Assembly: GCA_025350405.1 (NCBI GenBank)
Contig: JANXXX010000056.1
Coordinates: 2,103-66,102, forward strand
Length of the DNA stretch: 64,000 nucleotides
Reading direction: 5' to 3'
Source of the DNA: Gallionella sp.
GTDB lineage: Bacteria; Pseudomonadota; Gammaproteobacteria; Burkholderiales; Gallionellaceae
Of this stretch, positions 32,388 to 42,514 are shown piece after piece; position 1 is the stretch's first letter, and the number at the start of each line of letters is the position of its first letter. A program made the position numbers and the translations under genes. The notes under the pieces were generated by a model. That model ran no database searches. It worked only from the letters and a program-made list of their open reading frames with translations, and was not told the DNA's origin.

Positions 32388-33632
32388 TTAAATGACTTCG
32401 CCCATCTTGAATATCGGCAGATACATTGCGATCACCATGCCGCCGATCAGCGTACCGAGCACCACCATGATGACCGGTTCCATCAGGCTGGATATGGCTG
32501 CCACCGCATCATCTACTTCGGCTTCATAGAAGTCGGCCACTTTACTGAGCATGGAGTCCAGCGAGCCAGCTTCTTCACCGATGGCACACATTTGCAATAC
32601 CATGCTCGGGAATAGCTCGGTGTTCTGCATGGCAACGGTCAAACCGCTGCCGGTGCTGACTTCGCGTTGAATGGCTTTGGTGGCATTGTAATACACCACA
32701 TTGCCCGCCGCTCCGGCAACCGAATCGAGCGAGTCGACCAAAGGCACGCCGGCTGCAAACATCGTGGCAAGTGTGCGGGTCCAGCGGGCGATCGTGGCTT
32801 TACGGATCAATTCTCCGAAAATGGGTAGTTTCAGCGTCAGCTTGTCCATAGCGTCCTGCAATTTTTTATTGCGCTTCCAGTAATAGAAAAAGGCGTAGAG
32901 GCCGCCGCCTATCCCGCCAAAAATCAGGTACCAATAGGTTACGAAGGCATCGGAAATGGCCATCAGAACCAGGGTTGGAGCCGGCAACTTTGCGCCAAAG
33001 CCTTCGAACAGCTCTTTGAACGCCGGGACCACAAAAATCATGATCACGGCAGTGATGAGAAATGCGACCACGATGATGGACAGCGGGTAGACCAGGGCTG
33101 ATTTGATTTTGCTCTTGAGAGCTTGGGTTTTTTCCATGTAGGCCGCCAGGCGTTCCAGCAGGGAGTCCAGAATACCGGCCGCCTCGCCCGCGCCAATCAG
33201 GTTGCAATACAACGCGTCGAAATACAGCGGAAATTTCAGAAATGCCTGCTGCAAGCTGCTTCCGGTTTCCACATCGGTTTTGATATCCATCAGCAGTCTT
33301 GCCACGGAAGGATTGCTATGCCCTTTGCCCACGATGTCGAAAGCCTGCAACAAAGGTACGCCCGATTTCATCATGACCGCCAGTTGGCGGGTGAATAGTG
33401 TGATGTCTTTGGCGGTGATGGACTTGCCGCTTTGCTTTGCTTTTTTAATTTTTGTGACATTGATTCCCTGGCGGCGCAGATTTGCAAACACGTTGGCTTC
33501 GCTGGGAGCGCGTATCTCACCTTTTATTGGCTTGCCGGATTTGTCCTTTCCTTCCCAAGAATAAGTAAATTCTTTTAGTTTGATTTTCTGTTCTTTGGGT
33601 TTGTTTTTTTGAACTTTTGCCGCGACAGCCAT
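32388..33632 (-). CDS. pilC: type IV pilus platform protein PilC (GspF family)
   Basis: 414 aa with a duplicated GspF-type domain and three TM segments. Confidence 0.92.
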   Translation of the reverse strand: MAVAAKVQKNKPKEQKIKLKEFTYSWEGKDKSGKPIKGEIRAPSEANVFANLRRQGINVTKIKKAKQSGKSITAKDITLFTRQLAVMMKSGVPLLQAFDIVGKGHSNPSVARLLMDIKTDVETGSSLQQAFLKFPLYFDALYCNLIGAGEAAGILDSLLERLAAYMEKTQALKSKIKSALVYPLSIIVVAFLITAVIMIFVVPAFKELFEGFGAKLPAPTLVLMAISDAFVTYWYLIFGGIGGGLYAFFYYWKRNKKLQDAMDKLTLKLPIFGELIRKATIARWTRTLATMFAAGVPLVDSLDSVAGAAGNVVYYNATKAIQREVSTGSGLTVAMQNTELFPSMVLQMCAIGEEAGSLDSMLSKVADFYEAEVDDAVAAISSLMEPVIMVVLGTLIGGMVIAMYLPIFKMGEVI

Positions 33633-33708
33633 CGTATCTCCCTTGGTTTTCTGTCAAATCCTACCGGGCATCATGCCGAGCTTTATGCCTATTGTAAAGG
33701 CATGTTTT

Positions 33709-34989
33709 CTAGTGCCGATTATCGGGCACGGCCGGAAAAATGCGCGCCACCTTTACAATGCGATCCTGCGTCTGGATAATCTCTATCGGATAACCTGCGA
33801 TTTTCAGGCTGGTACCAGTTTCCGGAATGTCTTCGAGATGTTCGAGGATCAGGCCATTCAGTGTTTTCGCGCTATCCAGCGGCAGATGCAAACCCAGTTT
33901 ACGATTCAATTCACGCAAGCTGCTGCTGCCTTCCAGCAGGAAGCTGCCATCTTCCTGGCGCATAAATTTTCCAGTTTGCGAGGGCGATTGCGTGGTGAAT
34001 TCCCCGACGATTTCTTCAAGGATGTTTTCCAGCGTTACCAAGCCAAGCAGTTCCCCGTATTCATCCACCACCAATCCAAGCCGTGAGTGGCGCTCCTGAA
34101 ACTGCTGCAGTTGCTTGAGCAACGTGGTGTCGGAGGGAATGAAATAAGGCTCGTTGAGTATTTCGCGCAGTCGGGTCAAATCCAGCGCGGATTCTTGCAG
34201 CAGGGCAGGCACCCGTTTGATATGCAAGATGCCAATGATATTGCTGGGTGTGTCGGCATAAACCGGCAGCAGCGTGTGGTGGCAGGTGATGATCTGCTGG
34301 CGCAATTCGTTTGCTTCGGTGTTGATATCCAGGGCTTCGATCTGGTTGCGCGGGATCATCACGTCGTTCACGGTGATGCGTTCGAGATCAACCAGGTTGA
34401 GCAACATCTTTTGATGCTTGCGCGGCAGGAAATGCTCTGAATCCAAAACCAGTCCGCGCAACTCTTCCAATGTCACCTTTTGTTTGCTTTGATCGGTTTC
34501 TATCCTGATGCGTAACAACCATAGAACACCTTTCACGATGGCGGTGGCAATCGAGACCACCGGATGAAACAAGGTGATCAGCGGGGTGAGCAGGTAGCTG
34601 GCCGGCAAAGCGACGCGTTCCGGAAAACTGGCTGCGATGATCTTGGGCATGATTTCGCTGAACACCAGCAGGATGAAGGTAATAGTCAGCGTGCCGGCCA
34701 GTATGGCCCAATCGTTTTGCCCGAACAGGCGCAGGATGATGATATTGGTTACTGCGGCGGCAGCGACGTTGAGCAGGGTGTTGCCGAGCAGGATGGAGCC
34801 GAGCAGTTTGTCTACCTTGCCGAGCAGGCGGTTGACCAGCTTGGCGCTGTGGCTACCTTTGCGAACCAGGCTATTCAGGCGATAGCGGTTGATCGCCATC
34901 ATGCTGGTTTCCGAGCCGGAAAAGAACGCGCTGCAAACCAGCAACAACAGCAAGATGGCAAACAGCGAGACTAAAGAGATGTCGTCCAA
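33709..34989 (-). CDS. HlyC/CorC-family transporter (DUF21-CBS-CorC)
   Basis: 426 aa with an FFSGSETSMM DUF21 N-terminus, a CBS pair and a CorC_HlyC C-terminus. Confidence 0.88.
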   Translation of the reverse strand: MDDISLVSLFAILLLLLVCSAFFSGSETSMMAINRYRLNSLVRKGSHSAKLVNRLLGKVDKLLGSILLGNTLLNVAAAAVTNIIILRLFGQNDWAILAGTLTITFILLVFSEIMPKIIAASFPERVALPASYLLTPLITLFHPVVSIATAIVKGVLWLLRIRIETDQSKQKVTLEELRGLVLDSEHFLPRKHQKMLLNLVDLERITVNDVMIPRNQIEALDINTEANELRQQIITCHHTLLPVYADTPSNIIGILHIKRVPALLQESALDLTRLREILNEPYFIPSDTTLLKQLQQFQERHSRLGLVVDEYGELLGLVTLENILEEIVGEFTTQSPSQTGKFMRQEDGSFLLEGSSSLRELNRKLGLHLPLDSAKTLNGLILEHLEDIPETGTSLKIAGYPIEIIQTQDRIVKVARIFPAVPDNRH

Positions 34990-35061
34990 AGTGGTAGCCT
35001 GGTTATTTGTGATGGCGGGTCATTTCGACGAAGGGAATAGTGGGCGAGAGGTACGCGGGTG

Positions 35062-35847
35062 TCAAGCAGCGCGTCGGTAGCTCAAAACCATCAGCAGCAC
35101 ACCGGCAATCACCATCGGCAAGCTGAGCCACTGCCCCATGCTGATGCCAAAAGTCATCAGGCCGAAAATGCCATCGTCCGGATTGCGCGTGAATTCGCCG
35201 ATAAAGCGGAAACTGCCATAGCCGATCAGAAATAAACCGGAAATTGCCCCGACTGGACGCGGCTTGCGTGCATACAGCCAGAGCAGCGTGAACAGCAGCA
35301 CACCCTCCAGCGCGAATTCATAAAGTTGTGAGGGGTGGCGAGGCAGGTTATCCACTTTTGGAAAGACCATCGCCCAAGGAACATCAGTGGGACGCCCCCA
35401 CAGTTCGCCGTTGATGAAATTGCCGATGCGGCCAAACGCCAGGCCGGGTGGCACCAGCGGAGCGATGAAGTCCATCAGTTGCAGCCAGCGTAATTTCTGT
35501 TGTCGGGCGAATACTGCTATCGCCACCAGCACACCGAGAAAGCCGCCATGGAACGACATGCCGCCTTCCCATACGGCCAGGATCTTGAGAGGATGAGAGA
35601 AATAGTAACCGGGATTGTAAAACAGCACCTCGCCCAATCGCCCGCCCAGAATCACTCCGAGGACGCCATAGAACAGCAAGTCGTCGAGCAGCTTGGCATT
35701 GATCTGCGGATTATTTAATGTGGCAATGCGTTTGCGCCCCAGCCACAGGAAAGTCATGAAGCCGGCGAGGTACATCAGCCCATACCAATGAATGGCAAGC
35801 GGGCCGACTTGCAGGGCAACAGGATCGAATTGCGGATGAACTAACAT
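35062..35847 (-). CDS. lgt: prolipoprotein diacylglyceryl transferase
   Basis: 261 aa with [12 protein letters not shown] and [16 protein letters not shown] motifs. Confidence 0.95.
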   Translation of the reverse strand: MLVHPQFDPVALQVGPLAIHWYGLMYLAGFMTFLWLGRKRIATLNNPQINAKLLDDLLFYGVLGVILGGRLGEVLFYNPGYYFSHPLKILAVWEGGMSFHGGFLGVLVAIAVFARQQKLRWLQLMDFIAPLVPPGLAFGRIGNFINGELWGRPTDVPWAMVFPKVDNLPRHPSQLYEFALEGVLLFTLLWLYARKPRPVGAISGLFLIGYGSFRFIGEFTRNPDDGIFGLMTFGISMGQWLSLPMVIAGVLLMVLSYRRAA

Positions 35848-35986
35848 GAATGAATCGGGTAAAATCGAAAAACAGATTATACGGACATCTCTAATATCCG
35901 TCGCGGGCAGTCAGTAATGTTGTAAAAACATTTGCAGTTATAACCGCTCTCGCGCCCACATTATTAAATAAGCAGAAAGAGAAAAC

Positions 35987-36898
35987 ATGATCACAGTACA
36001 ACAATTGAATAAGCAATTCGGCATCAACGGACAACTTGAATTTCGTGAAGATGCCAGCGGCTTGATCGTCGCAGAAATCAGCAACAAACAGGCAAGCGCA
36101 TCGCTGTGTTTGCAGGGGGCGCATCTAATGACCTGGAAGCCAAGGAGTCAGGCTGTGCCTGTGATATGGCTGTCGCGCGATGCCAAGCTGGCAGCGGGCA
36201 AGTCGATACGCGGCGGTGCGCCGGTGTGCTGGCCGTGGTTCGGCGCACACGCATCTGAATCCAGCTTCCCGGGACACGGTTATGCGCGCACTGTGCCTTG
36301 GCAAGTGGTGGAATCGGGCACTGAGCCGGGTGGTGCGACACGCTTGACTTTGCGCCTGGTGGCAAGCGACAAAACGCGCGCGCAATGGCCGCATGCCTGC
36401 ACGCTGGATCTGACCGTGATTGCCGGCGAAACGCTGCGCATGGAATTGACCACCGAAAATACTGGCGCGTCCGATTTCACGATTGGTGAGGCGTTGCACA
36501 CGTATTTCCAGATCGGCGACATCGGTGCGGTGCGCGTGAAAGGTTTGGAAGGTTGCGAGTATTGGGATAAGGTCGGCGGCTCTTCGCTCAAAAAACAGGA
36601 AGGTGCAATCAGTTTTTCGGGCGAGACAGATCGCGTATACATCAACACCGTAGCCGAGTGCGTGATTGAGGATGATAAGCTTAAGCGCCGTATTCATGTT
36701 GCCAAGTCCGGCAGTCTTTCCACCGTGGTGTGGACGCCATGGACGGAAAAGGCCAGCAAGATGGGCGATATGGGCCAGCCGGACGGCTGGCGCGAAATGG
36801 TGTGTGTGGAATCGGTGAATGCGAGCGAAAATGTGGTGAAGGTCGCGGCGGGAACCCGGCACACCCTGATCGTCGAATATCGAGCTGAGCCGATTTAA
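35987..36898 (+). CDS. D-hexose-6-phosphate mutarotase (aldose 1-epimerase family)
   Basis: 303 aa with an IRGGAPVCWPWFG motif and a YeaD-like pattern. Confidence 0.85.
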   Translation: MITVQQLNKQFGINGQLEFREDASGLIVAEISNKQASASLCLQGAHLMTWKPRSQAVPVIWLSRDAKLAAGKSIRGGAPVCWPWFGAHASESSFPGHGYARTVPWQVVESGTEPGGATRLTLRLVASDKTRAQWPHACTLDLTVIAGETLRMELTTENTGASDFTIGEALHTYFQIGDIGAVRVKGLEGCEYWDKVGGSSLKKQEGAISFSGETDRVYINTVAECVIEDDKLKRRIHVAKSGSLSTVVWTPWTEKASKMGDMGQPDGWREMVCVESVNASENVVKVAAGTRHTLIVEYRAEPI

Positions 36899-37200
36899 CG
36901 GATTTATTCGGTAGCTTCATGAATCGGTTATGCGGAAAAGGGATTGGCTTAGCTAGGATTGGACGATAAGACATGAGCTCTAGCGGGCGCACCTCAGCAT
37001 GAGTTTAACTGCCTAAGAGTTTAGGGTTTTATCGAATTTGCGATGCCCGTTAATTGAGGGTTGTCAACTTTAGTTGCGAGAATAGCGTTATTGACTTGCC
37101 AGAAAAGTTTGTTGGCAAAAGGAGCCGAGTTGTTTAGAATTGGCAGCGGAGGAGTATCCTTCGCATCGTTTCAGACATTTCAATTAAAAACGGAGAGAAC

Positions 37201-37575
37201 ATGAAGTCTATTATCGTAAGCATGATCGCAGCAGCAGGTTTGATGGTTGCAGGTAGCGTAATGGCAGAAGACATGCCAGAGCTGGCAAAGAAAAGCGGTT
37301 GCACAGCTTGCCACGCAATTGACAAGAAAGTAGTTGGGCCAGCTTGGGCTGATGTGGGCAAGGCATACAACAGCAACGGCGCAACGACTACCGGCAAAAA
37401 AGTTGCTGACATTCTGAAAGAGCACAATGCAGCAAATGCAGACGCATGGTTGCGAGAAAAAGTTGCCAAGGGCGGCACCGGCAACTGGGGTACTGCAGCT
37501 ATGATCCCAAATGCACCTAAGGTTTCCGAAGCTGACATCAAGACATTGGTTGAGTTTGTTTTGAGCCATAAGTAA
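37201..37575 (+). CDS. periplasmic class I cytochrome c
   Basis: 124 aa with a signal peptide, the haem site CTACH, and a distal Met in TAAMIPN. Confidence 0.88.
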   Translation: MKSIIVSMIAAAGLMVAGSVMAEDMPELAKKSGCTACHAIDKKVVGPAWADVGKAYNSNGATTTGKKVADILKEHNAANADAWLREKVAKGGTGNWGTAAMIPNAPKVSEADIKTLVEFVLSHK

Positions 37576-37591
37576 TTTGGTAGCAGTACTC

Positions 37592-37619
37592 AAAAAAGCC
37601 GGCACAAGCCGGCTTTTTT
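37592..37619 (+). terminator. intrinsic terminator
   Basis: AGCCGGC-ACAA-GCCGGCT followed by TTTTT. Confidence 0.85.
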
Positions 37620-37984
37620 GTTGTCTATGACCAGTAGTCCGCCTCCGAGATAATAAACATTGCTTGAGTCCGGCGACAATTAAAGGTTTAATAGACTGTC
37701 AACTTTAGTTCGGATGGCGGCGTTATATGATTTATAGTTAGAGATACTGGGTGCTAGTGAGAAGTTGGTTGGCACAAAATTAACCGGCCTGTGTGAGTTG
37801 CAAGCTTTAGCCCCTTAATCATTGCTGCGTGCCTGTTGCGAAAGCGCGTGCCGCTTGTGGCTAGCAGTCGTTCAGTTTTCATCAGTGGAATGGCTATGCA
37901 AAGCAGGTGGGGTTGTTTAGAATCGCCTGCGGAAGCAAATCCTCACAATGTTTTAGAGGTTTTAATCATAGAACGGAGAGACTT

Positions 37985-38341
37985 ATGAAATCTATCATCG
38001 GTAGCATGGTTGTATTAGCAGGATTGATGATTGCCGGTAGCGCAATGGCAGAAGAAATGCCAGCGCTGGCCAAGAAGTTCAACTGCATCGCTTGCCATGC
38101 CATTGACCGGAAGGTGGTTGGGCCAGCGTTTAAAGACATTGCTAATAAGTACAAAGGTGTTTCCAAGTTCACATACAATGGCAAGGAATATCCCTTAGTC
38201 GAAGGTCTGGTAACGAAGGTATCCAAGGGTGGTTCGGGTAGCTGGGGTACTATGCCTATGCCGCCGAATGATGCAACAGGTGCCAAACAGGCGGAAATCA
38301 CCGAGCTGGTTAAGTTTGTACTAGGTTTGGCTACCAAGTGA
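37985..38341 (+). CDS. periplasmic class I cytochrome c, tandem paralogue
   Basis: 118 aa from ATG 37985 (MKSIIGSMVVLAGLMIAGSAMA) with haem site CIACH. The GGAGAG RBS context is the same as for the first copy. Confidence 0.88.
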   Translation: MKSIIGSMVVLAGLMIAGSAMAEEMPALAKKFNCIACHAIDRKVVGPAFKDIANKYKGVSKFTYNGKEYPLVEGLVTKVSKGGSGSWGTMPMPPNDATGAKQAEITELVKFVLGLATK

Positions 38342-38362
38342 GTTTTAGCATCATGCAGAAAT

Positions 38363-38386
38363 AAGCCGACGCAAGTCGGCTTTTTC
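38363..38386 (+). terminator. intrinsic terminator
   Basis: AGCCGAC-GCAA-GTCGGCT followed by TTTT. Confidence 0.85.
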
Positions 38387-38455
38387 TTGGCTGTTAAATT
38401 GACAAGCAGAGCGCCTGCTCCGCATAATCCAAGCCTATTCATCAGGGGATTCACC

Positions 38456-39634
38456 ATGCCATTAGTTTCTGTTCGTTCGTTATTGTTTGTCACCATTGCT
38501 ATGCTGCTGCTGGGGTGCGAAAAATCAACCACTACCGGTTCTAATATGTCTGGTGAGTTGATTGTGCGCATCGGCGCATCGGCGCCGCTGACCGGCCCGC
38601 AGGCGCACTTGGGCAAGGACAACGAGAACGGCACACGCATGGCGATAGACGATGCCAACGCCAAGGGCATTGTGATCGGCGGGCGCAAGGTGCATTTCGA
38701 GTTGATCAGCGAGGACGATCAGGCTGATCCCAAGACTGCGACCATCGTTGCGCAGAAGCTGGTGGACAACAAAGTCAGCGGCGTGATAGGTCACATGAAT
38801 TCCGGCACCAGCATTCCCGCGTCGAAAATATACAGCGATAACGGCATCGTGCAGATATCGCCTTCCGCTACCGCGGTGAATTACACCGCACAGGGTTTCA
38901 AGACCACTTTCCGCGTAATGGCGAATGATGCGCAGCAAGGCCGTGTGCTGGGCGAATATGCTGCGAAAAATCTGGCGGCGAAGTACATCGCAGTGATAGA
39001 CGACCGCACTGCTTACGGACAGGGTCTGGCGGATGAATTCATCAAGGCCGCAAAAGCCAATGGCGCGCAGATCGTTGCGCACGAGTACACCAATGACAAG
39101 GCCATGGACTTTACTGCGGTGCTGACCGTGGTTAAAGGCAAGAAGCCGGATCTGTTGTTCTACGGCGGGATGGTTCCGCAAGCCGGACCGATGGCGAAGC
39201 AACTCAAGGCGCTCGCGCTGAATTTGAAATTCATGACCGGTGACGGCGGCTTTACACCGGAATTCATCAATCTGGCAGGTGACGCGGCGGAGGGGGCTTA
39301 TGCCTCGCTGCCCGGTGTTACGCTGGACAAGATGCCTGGCGGAAAGGCATTCTCTGATCGATTCGTTGCCAAGTATGGGCCTATCCAGTTATACGCACCC
39401 TACTGCTACGATGCGGTAAATGTGATGATTGCTGCGATGCAGAAAACCGGTTCTGCGGATCCAGGAAAATATCTTCCCGCGCTTGCCAATATCTCCTACG
39501 ATGGGGTTACGGCGAAGATACAGTTCGACGAAAAGGGCGATCTGAAAGGCGGCGCCATCACCGTGTATCAGGTGCTAAACGGCAAATGGCAGCCTCTGGA
39601 AACGCTAGGGGTGATTGCTCCGGCGGCTCATTGA
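38456..39634 (+). CDS. branched-chain amino acid-type ABC substrate-binding lipoprotein
   Basis: Starts MPLVSVRSLLFVTIAMLLLGC (lipobox LLGC) at ATG 38456. LivK/LivJ-like type I periplasmic binding fold pattern. Confidence 0.88.
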   Translation: MPLVSVRSLLFVTIAMLLLGCEKSTTTGSNMSGELIVRIGASAPLTGPQAHLGKDNENGTRMAIDDANAKGIVIGGRKVHFELISEDDQADPKTATIVAQKLVDNKVSGVIGHMNSGTSIPASKIYSDNGIVQISPSATAVNYTAQGFKTTFRVMANDAQQGRVLGEYAAKNLAAKYIAVIDDRTAYGQGLADEFIKAAKANGAQIVAHEYTNDKAMDFTAVLTVVKGKKPDLLFYGGMVPQAGPMAKQLKALALNLKFMTGDGGFTPEFINLAGDAAEGAYASLPGVTLDKMPGGKAFSDRFVAKYGPIQLYAPYCYDAVNVMIAAMQKTGSADPGKYLPALANISYDGVTAKIQFDEKGDLKGGAITVYQVLNGKWQPLETLGVIAPAAH

Positions 39635-39693
39635 TGCACATCTGATGCAATGACTTGAACGACACCTCAGCGTGTCGTTTTTGTTTACCCAAC

Positions 39694-40617
39694 ATGGAAA
39701 TCTTTCTACAACAAATCATCAACGGCCTCGTGCAGGGCAGCGTCTACGCCTTGGTCGCGCTGGGCTACACCATGGTGTATGGCATCCTCGGCCTGATCAA
39801 CTTCGCGCATGGCGAAGTGGTGATGATAGGCGCGATGCTGGCGTTGTCTGCGTTGACCTCATTGCTAGGTATGGGCGCCCCCCCGGCATTGGCATTGCTG
39901 CTTAGCATCGGATTGGCGATGCTGGGTTGCATGGTGCTGGGATACAGCATCGAGCGCATCGCTTATCGCCCGTTGCGCCATGCGCCGCGCCTCGCGCCGC
40001 TGATCACCGCGATCGGCGTGTCCATCGTGTTGCAGAATCTGGCGATGATGATCTGGGGGCGCGAGTATCATTCTTTCCCGCAGATGATCGCCAATCATTC
40101 GCATACTTTCGGTGGTGCGATCATCAACGATATCCAGATCATTGTTTTCGTTCTGGCACTGGCGATCATGGCCGGGCTGATGGTCGTTGTGCACCGTACC
40201 CGCCTGGGGCGCGCGATGCGCGCGGTGGCCGAGAACCAGCATGCCGCGCAACTGATGGGCGTGGACATCAACCGCGTGATCTCGATCACCTTCATGCTGG
40301 GCTCGGCACTTGCCGCCGTGGCGGGGATGATGATCAGCGCCAGCTATGGCCTTGCCCATTATTACATGGGCTTTCTGCTCGGCCTGAAAGCCTTCACCGC
40401 TGCGGTGTTGGGCGGTATCGGCAACCTGCGCGGCGCGATGCTTGGCGGTTTGCTGCTCGGCTTGATTGAAAGTCTGGGTGCGGGTTACATCGGCGATTTT
40501 ACCGGCGGGTTCTTTGGCAGCAACTATCAGGATGTGTTCGCCTTCTTCGTGCTGATTATTGTTCTTGTATTCAGGCCGTCCGGCCTGCTTGGCGAACGTT
40601 TGGCAGAGCGAGCATGA
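39694..40617 (+). CDS. livH: branched-chain amino acid ABC permease LivH
   Basis: MEIFLQQIINGLVQGSVYALVALGYTMVYG is the canonical LivH N-terminus. Confidence 0.92.
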   Translation: MEIFLQQIINGLVQGSVYALVALGYTMVYGILGLINFAHGEVVMIGAMLALSALTSLLGMGAPPALALLLSIGLAMLGCMVLGYSIERIAYRPLRHAPRLAPLITAIGVSIVLQNLAMMIWGREYHSFPQMIANHSHTFGGAIINDIQIIVFVLALAIMAGLMVVVHRTRLGRAMRAVAENQHAAQLMGVDINRVISITFMLGSALAAVAGMMISASYGLAHYYMGFLLGLKAFTAAVLGGIGNLRGAMLGGLLLGLIESLGAGYIGDFTGGFFGSNYQDVFAFFVLIIVLVFRPSGLLGERLAERA

Positions 40618-41741
40618 AACATACAACCATTTTTTCCAAAATGAAATTCAAGCCAAACCCACGATCGCTGCTCATTGCACTCACCATCGCACTGCTGCTC
40701 CTGCCATTCATCACTGACGCCTTGCTCGGGCGCGGCTGGGTGCGCATCGTCGATTTTGCGATGCTCTACATCATGCTGGCGCTCGGGTTGAACATCGTGG
40801 TCGGTTATGCAGGTCTGCTTGATCTGGGCTACATCGCATTCTTCGCGGTGGGCGCATATTGCTATGCGCTGACCGGTTCGCCGCATCTGGCGCTCGCGTT
40901 TCCGGTGGCGTTTCCCGATGGCGTGCACCTGTCGTTCTGGATCGTGCTGCCGCTGGCTGCCTTGCTGGCGGGTGGTTTTGGCGTATTGCTCGGCGCTCCG
41001 ACTTTGCGCTTGCGCGGCGATTATCTGGCGATCGTCACGCTGGGCTTCGGCGAAATTATCCGCATCTTTCTAAACAACCTCAATGCGCCCATCAATCTCA
41101 CCAACGGTCCGCAAGGCATCAGCCGCATCGATGCGGTCAATGTGGCTGGCGCGCCGTTGAGTGCCACGCAAAATATTCTTGGAATATCTTTCCCGTCGGT
41201 GCATTTGTATTATTATTTATTTCTCGCGTTCACCGCGCTGGTGATATTCGTATCGCAGAGGTTGGAGAAATCGCGCATCGGGCGTGCCTGGATGGCGATA
41301 CGCGAGGACGAGATCGCCGCCTCCGCGATGGGCATCAACACGCGCGATTTAAAATTGCTTGCCTTTGCGATGGGTGCGATGTTCGGCGGCGCATCCGGTG
41401 CGCTGTTTGCAGGATTTCAGGGCTTTGTCAGTCCGGAAAGTTTCAGCCTGATGGAATCCATCATGGTGCTGTGCATGGTGGTGCTGGGAGGCATGGGCAA
41501 CATCGCGGGTGTGATCCTCGGGGGCATTCTGCTAGCCGTGTTGCCGGAAGTGCTGCGCCACAGCGTTGTGCCGATGCAGCAGGCCCTATTCGGCAAGATA
41601 ATCGTCGACCCGGAAAGCCTGCGCATGCTGCTGTTTGGCGGTGCTCTAATCGTGATGATGTTGTATCGACCGGCAGGATTGCTGCCGTCGCGCGTGCGGC
41701 GCCGCGAGCTGGGTAGTGATGAAGTTGCGGAGAAGGCATGA
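40614..41741 (+). CDS. livM: branched-chain amino acid ABC permease LivM
   Basis: 375 aa polytopic protein with the GYAGLLDLGYIAFFAVGAY motif. Confidence 0.9.
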   Translation: MKHTTIFSKMKFKPNPRSLLIALTIALLLLPFITDALLGRGWVRIVDFAMLYIMLALGLNIVVGYAGLLDLGYIAFFAVGAYCYALTGSPHLALAFPVAFPDGVHLSFWIVLPLAALLAGGFGVLLGAPTLRLRGDYLAIVTLGFGEIIRIFLNNLNAPINLTNGPQGISRIDAVNVAGAPLSATQNILGISFPSVHLYYYLFLAFTALVIFVSQRLEKSRIGRAWMAIREDEIAASAMGINTRDLKLLAFAMGAMFGGASGALFAGFQGFVSPESFSLMESIMVLCMVVLGGMGNIAGVILGGILLAVLPEVLRHSVVPMQQALFGKIIVDPESLRMLLFGGALIVMMLYRPAGLLPSRVRRRELGSDEVAEKA

Positions 41742-42514
41742 CCCATACGCCATCATTATTGCAACTTTCTTCTGTCAGCAAACAGTTCGGCGGATTGAGC
41801 GCATTGAGCGATGTTTCGCTGCACATCCGGCGCGGCGAGATCTACGGCTTGATCGGCCCGAACGGTGCGGGCAAGACCACGCTGTTCAACGTCATCACCG
41901 GCCTGTATCAGCCGAGCGCGGGAGAATTCCAGTTCAATGGTACGCATTATCAAACAGCCAAACCGCATGTGCTGGCGCAAGCCGGTATCGCGCGCACCTT
42001 CCAGAACATCCGCCTGTTCGCCAATCTCACCGCGCTGGAAAACGTGATGATAGGCCGCCATGTGCGCACTCGCGCGGGCGTGTTCGGCGCGTTGCTGCGC
42101 AATCGAGCAACGCGCGACGAAGAACACGCCATCGCCGAACGCGCGCGCAAATTGCTGCATTACGTAGGCATCAGCAAACCCGCGCAGACGCTCGCCAAGC
42201 ACCTGTCCTATGGAGAACAACGGCGGCTGGAGATTGCCCGCGCCTTGGCGACCGATCCGCAACTGCTCGCACTCGATGAGCCTGCCGCAGGCATGAATGC
42301 GACCGAAACCGCCAGCCTGAAAAAACTGTTGAAAACCATACGCGATGGCGGCATCACCGTGCTGCTGATCGAACACGACGTGAAACTCATCATGGGACTG
42401 TGCGACCGTGTCGCGGTGCTGGACTATGGCAAGAAGATCGCCGAAGACGTGCCTGAGGGTGTGCGTAAAGATCCCGCCGTGATCGCCGCTTATCTCGGAG
42501 GCGGCGATGACTAA
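41738..42514 (+). CDS. livG: ABC ATPase LivG
   Basis: Walker A GPNGAGKTT, signature LSYGEQRRLEIA and the LivG-type C-terminus. Confidence 0.93.
   Translation: MTHTPSLLQLSSVSKQFGGLSALSDVSLHIRRGEIYGLIGPNGAGKTTLFNVITGLYQPSAGEFQFNGTHYQTAKPHVLAQAGIARTFQNIRLFANLTALENVMIGRHVRTRAGVFGALLRNRATRDEEHAIAERARKLLHYVGISKPAQTLAKHLSYGEQRRLEIARALATDPQLLALDEPAAGMNATETASLKKLLKTIRDGGITVLLIEHDVKLIMGLCDRVAVLDYGKKIAEDVPEGVRKDPAVIAAYLGGGDD

Noticed and set aside
32388-33708. Absence of pilB upstream of pilC-pilD.
   Set aside because: The pilus ATPase is often encoded elsewhere. Absence from this window alone is not evidence of loss.
37907-37984. Upstream extension of the second cytochrome c ORF.
   Set aside because: The extension lacks signal-peptide character. 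ATG 37985 reproduces the start, RBS and signal peptide of the first paralogue.
40859-41716. 285-aa plus-strand ORF in an alternative frame.
   Set aside because: It lies inside livM in another frame. It is Arg/Ala/Gly-rich, and livM itself has clear permease features.
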